Below are positions 61,301 to 64,000 of a stretch of DNA of 64,000 bases, one piece after another; the first letter of the stretch is position 1, and each line of letters opens with the position of its first letter. This DNA comes from Takakia lepidozioides. Its lineage: Eukaryota > Plantae > Bryophyta. The position numbers and the translations under genes are program-made. Below the pieces are notes generated by a model, which saw only the letters and a list, made by a program, of their open reading frames with translations, was not told where the DNA came from and searched no databases. The stretch covers positions 74,338,001 through 74,402,000 of the forward strand of contig CM060731.1 in NCBI GenBank assembly GCA_030704615.1. Direction: 5' to 3'.

Positions 61301-63037
61301 CATTGGGTTGTACATACTATATCTCCTGAAAATTTCTTGCTACATCCCTTTCTTTGTATGCTAGCTTGCTGGCTAATGTTGAGAGCTCTCTTCCATGACC
61401 CTACCTTGAGTCTCTTGCTTCCTGGTCTCTCTCTCGTTATGTCCAGCTTGCTTTCCTTTACCTTTCTTTCTTCTCGACCACAGCTTTCTTTTCAGGTTGA
61501 GTTTCATACAATCTGGTGGGATGAACCCCGACTGGCTCTTGGAGGTTATTAGCTTGTGGAGACCCCACCCTCTAATGATATAGTCATGCGCACATACTAT
61601 CTCTCTCTTGGCTTCTGGGCTGCTTTTGGGTGTGGTTTTGTCTCTTCTTTCTGGCTTCTCCCTTTTGTCTCATAAGCTCTTTGAGATTTCCACGGACGTT
61701 ATAAAGTACCATTCCATTTCATTTCATTTCTCTTTCGTTTCTATAGTGTCTCTCTATCTCTTACAGCCCAATTGCTTGTCTACGCCACTCTCTCCATCTC
61801 TTCTATGGGCATTGGAAAGGTTCAGGTTGGGATCCCAGCCTGAGGATGGAAACTGGTAGATGATGGGTTAATCTGCAGTGTTTGCTTGTACCCAGCTTGT
61901 GCCAGGGAAGACAGCAGGGGATTGGGGCTGAGGAACATTTCTTCTTCCACTATCCACTCTAATATGAAATCAGGGCCTGCTACTACAACCTGTTAAGAGA
62001 CAGCCAATCCCTTACAGTGGTCTTTGTTTCATCATGAGGATCAGTTATACCTGGCTGCATATCTCTCTCAACCTTTGGGAATCTCCTGATTCCGAACAGT
62101 GGTTTTTCAGCTGCTTGTAGAGGGCCCCCGACTTTCTTGTTTCCTTCTTTTTTTTATCCAAAAAGCTTTCCAGCTGCCTGTGCACACTATGAAGCAGAGG
62201 GATCAACTCTGAAGTAAACAAAACCATTTGCCGCATTGTTAGGCATACCTTGGAGCACGAATCTGCAGTGTGGGTTGATAAGCAGGCTGTCTCTAGAATC
62301 CATTCACGTGGGGTTGCTCATCAGCAGCATTATGTTAGAGATTATTGACTGACAGTATATAGATATATTTATAAATAAATAAAACAGGGGGACAGGCGCC
62401 CTGGAAAATATATTAAGAAAAGTAGAAAAAATAACCAACTCAGGGGCCATGAAGGCTTAGAGCGGGGATACCACCTCGTGACCCAGAACCGATGAACAAA
62501 AGTGATTGTTTTTGCAAAGAAAGCAGAGCTGCAGAGTAAGCAGGCGGCCAATGTGCTGCCAAAGTGCCAGAGTAGTAGTGAAGTAAGTATCTTATGCTGC
62601 ACTACCAGGGGGGAGGGAACAGGAGGAGGAGATGTGTTGAGAGGCAGAAAACTGGAAGGAGCAGTGTCAGAACAATGTCCAGCAGTGGCCATCTACGAAA
62701 TGCAGGAACACTAAAACTTAAGCTGCGCGTTTAACTTATAATCTCTTGCACGTCTGTGGCGCCGAGGACGCCTGCAGCCGGGGATTTCCCATTGAGGGGG
62801 AACGGAGTCTTTCCATATTGTCAATAATTGTCAATATAATACGCCAAGTAATAGAAAAGGCCCGGGGGAGTTGAATGCGCCCGGCCGGTAAGCGTACGTG
62901 ACCCGCAGCCGTGCCCCCCTTAGTTTGGCGCCTCAGGCGCGGTCACCGCGACGACGCCCATGTCTTGGTAGCACGCAGTCTAGAGTCCCTTTTTCTGTAT
63001 AACTAACATTAAATTCGGAACGTTTTTTGAATGTAGC

Positions 63038-63105
63038 AGCATGCAGCTTAGTGGTGCGAACTCTCTCACCTGAAAACTAAGGATCCAGGTTCGAAATTCA
63101 ACAGT
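63038..63105 (+). other. Degenerate tRNA-like Pol III A/B-box sequence (SINE-head-like)
   Basis: GCAGCTTAGTGG (A-box-like) and GGTTCGAAATTC (B-box-like) at tRNA-like spacing; no convincing cloverleaf. Confidence 0.35.
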
Positions 63106-64000
63106 TCTGCACCTGAGGTTTTTGCGCTGCTACTTCAAAAAATTTCGAAGTCCTGAGTGGATGCCCATCTTCATGCATAGTCATACATGTATGGAAATAC
63201 ATGAGAAATATAGGGTTGTGGGCCTGGTCTCAGGTTGAGATATTGTCAAATCTCGCAAATACATGAGAAATATATGGACATGCATGTTCCCGGATAAGCT
63301 CCCAATCCGCAAAAGTAGTTACATGGTGACTATACTTGGATGACCAACTTCAAAAATAGTCATACAGGAGAAAATATATGGTCAGGCATGAATACATGAA
63401 TTGTCTTCATGCACAAGTCTTGAATGGTATATATTATAATTATGTATGACAAATATATCATACTTCAAACCATGTATTTCCATGCAGTATTAATACTTTA
63501 TCTCTATGCATAAAAATTGTGAACTCACGGGTTCAATTTACAATGGATGAGATGGTGACTATGAATCTTCATATCTATACTAATATCATTCTTTTTATTT
63601 TCAATCGTTGCAAAGTCATACATGATTTGGATGCATTGTCATATCTATTAGCATAGTCGTACATACATGATGTCATGTCTCATTCATGCACATTTCTTGT
63701 GGCATATGTATGACAATGCATCAAACTTGTCATGTATTTTCATGCATTATTAAAACTCTATTTCTATGCATACAAGTCATGAGGTCTTGGGTTCATATAA
63801 CAATGAATGAGATGATGAGTATGAGTCTTAATATCTCTACTAATAGAATTCTTTTATTCTTATTACTTGAAAAATAAAATTACATGTGTCATACATGGCA
63901 TACATGACATCTGGTATTATTTTCATGCACAGTCACACATAAGAAATCAGTTGCATTGTCATACATACATACAGACATACGATGTGATGTGTGTCCATGC

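Noticed and set aside
58400-62714. Exon-like segments with splice signals on the minus strand
   Set aside because: Probably a decayed gene, but no recognisable protein family or consistent model.

Overview
Eukaryotic nuclear DNA, most likely from a seed-free land plant (inferred from abundant PLS/DYW-type PPR sequence and spliceosomal introns; species not determinable). The window is a graveyard of PLS-class PPR(-DYW) and OSB-type PDF-motif pseudogenes invaded by transposons: three copies of a Mutator-like (MULE) family, a nearly intact single-ORF LINE with 16-bp TSD plus deleted/fragmentary copies, two CACTA right ends, an IS481/IS3EU-like integrase gene, and host-gene fragments (aldo-keto reductase, ITPK, FCP1-like phosphatase). 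Main find: the MULE family (copy A 8221-16544, 9-bp TSD TGCAAAATG; copy B 19650-28884, inverted) encodes, divergently from its GCM-DDE-SWIM transposase, a second nine-coding-exon gene of about 1,300 aa. Its product fuses an N-terminal ParB/sulfiredoxin-like domain to a C-terminal beta-class (N6A/N4C-type) amino-methyltransferase-like domain. The element's main non-coding regions carry tandem arrays built on one GGCGCC-centred motif, including perfect 38-bp palindromes, and the repeat units differ between copies. This resembles the VANDAL/VANC anti-silencing logic built from bacterial-type parts. Domain calls come from motif recognition by eye, without database searches, and no copy of the cargo gene here is intact.
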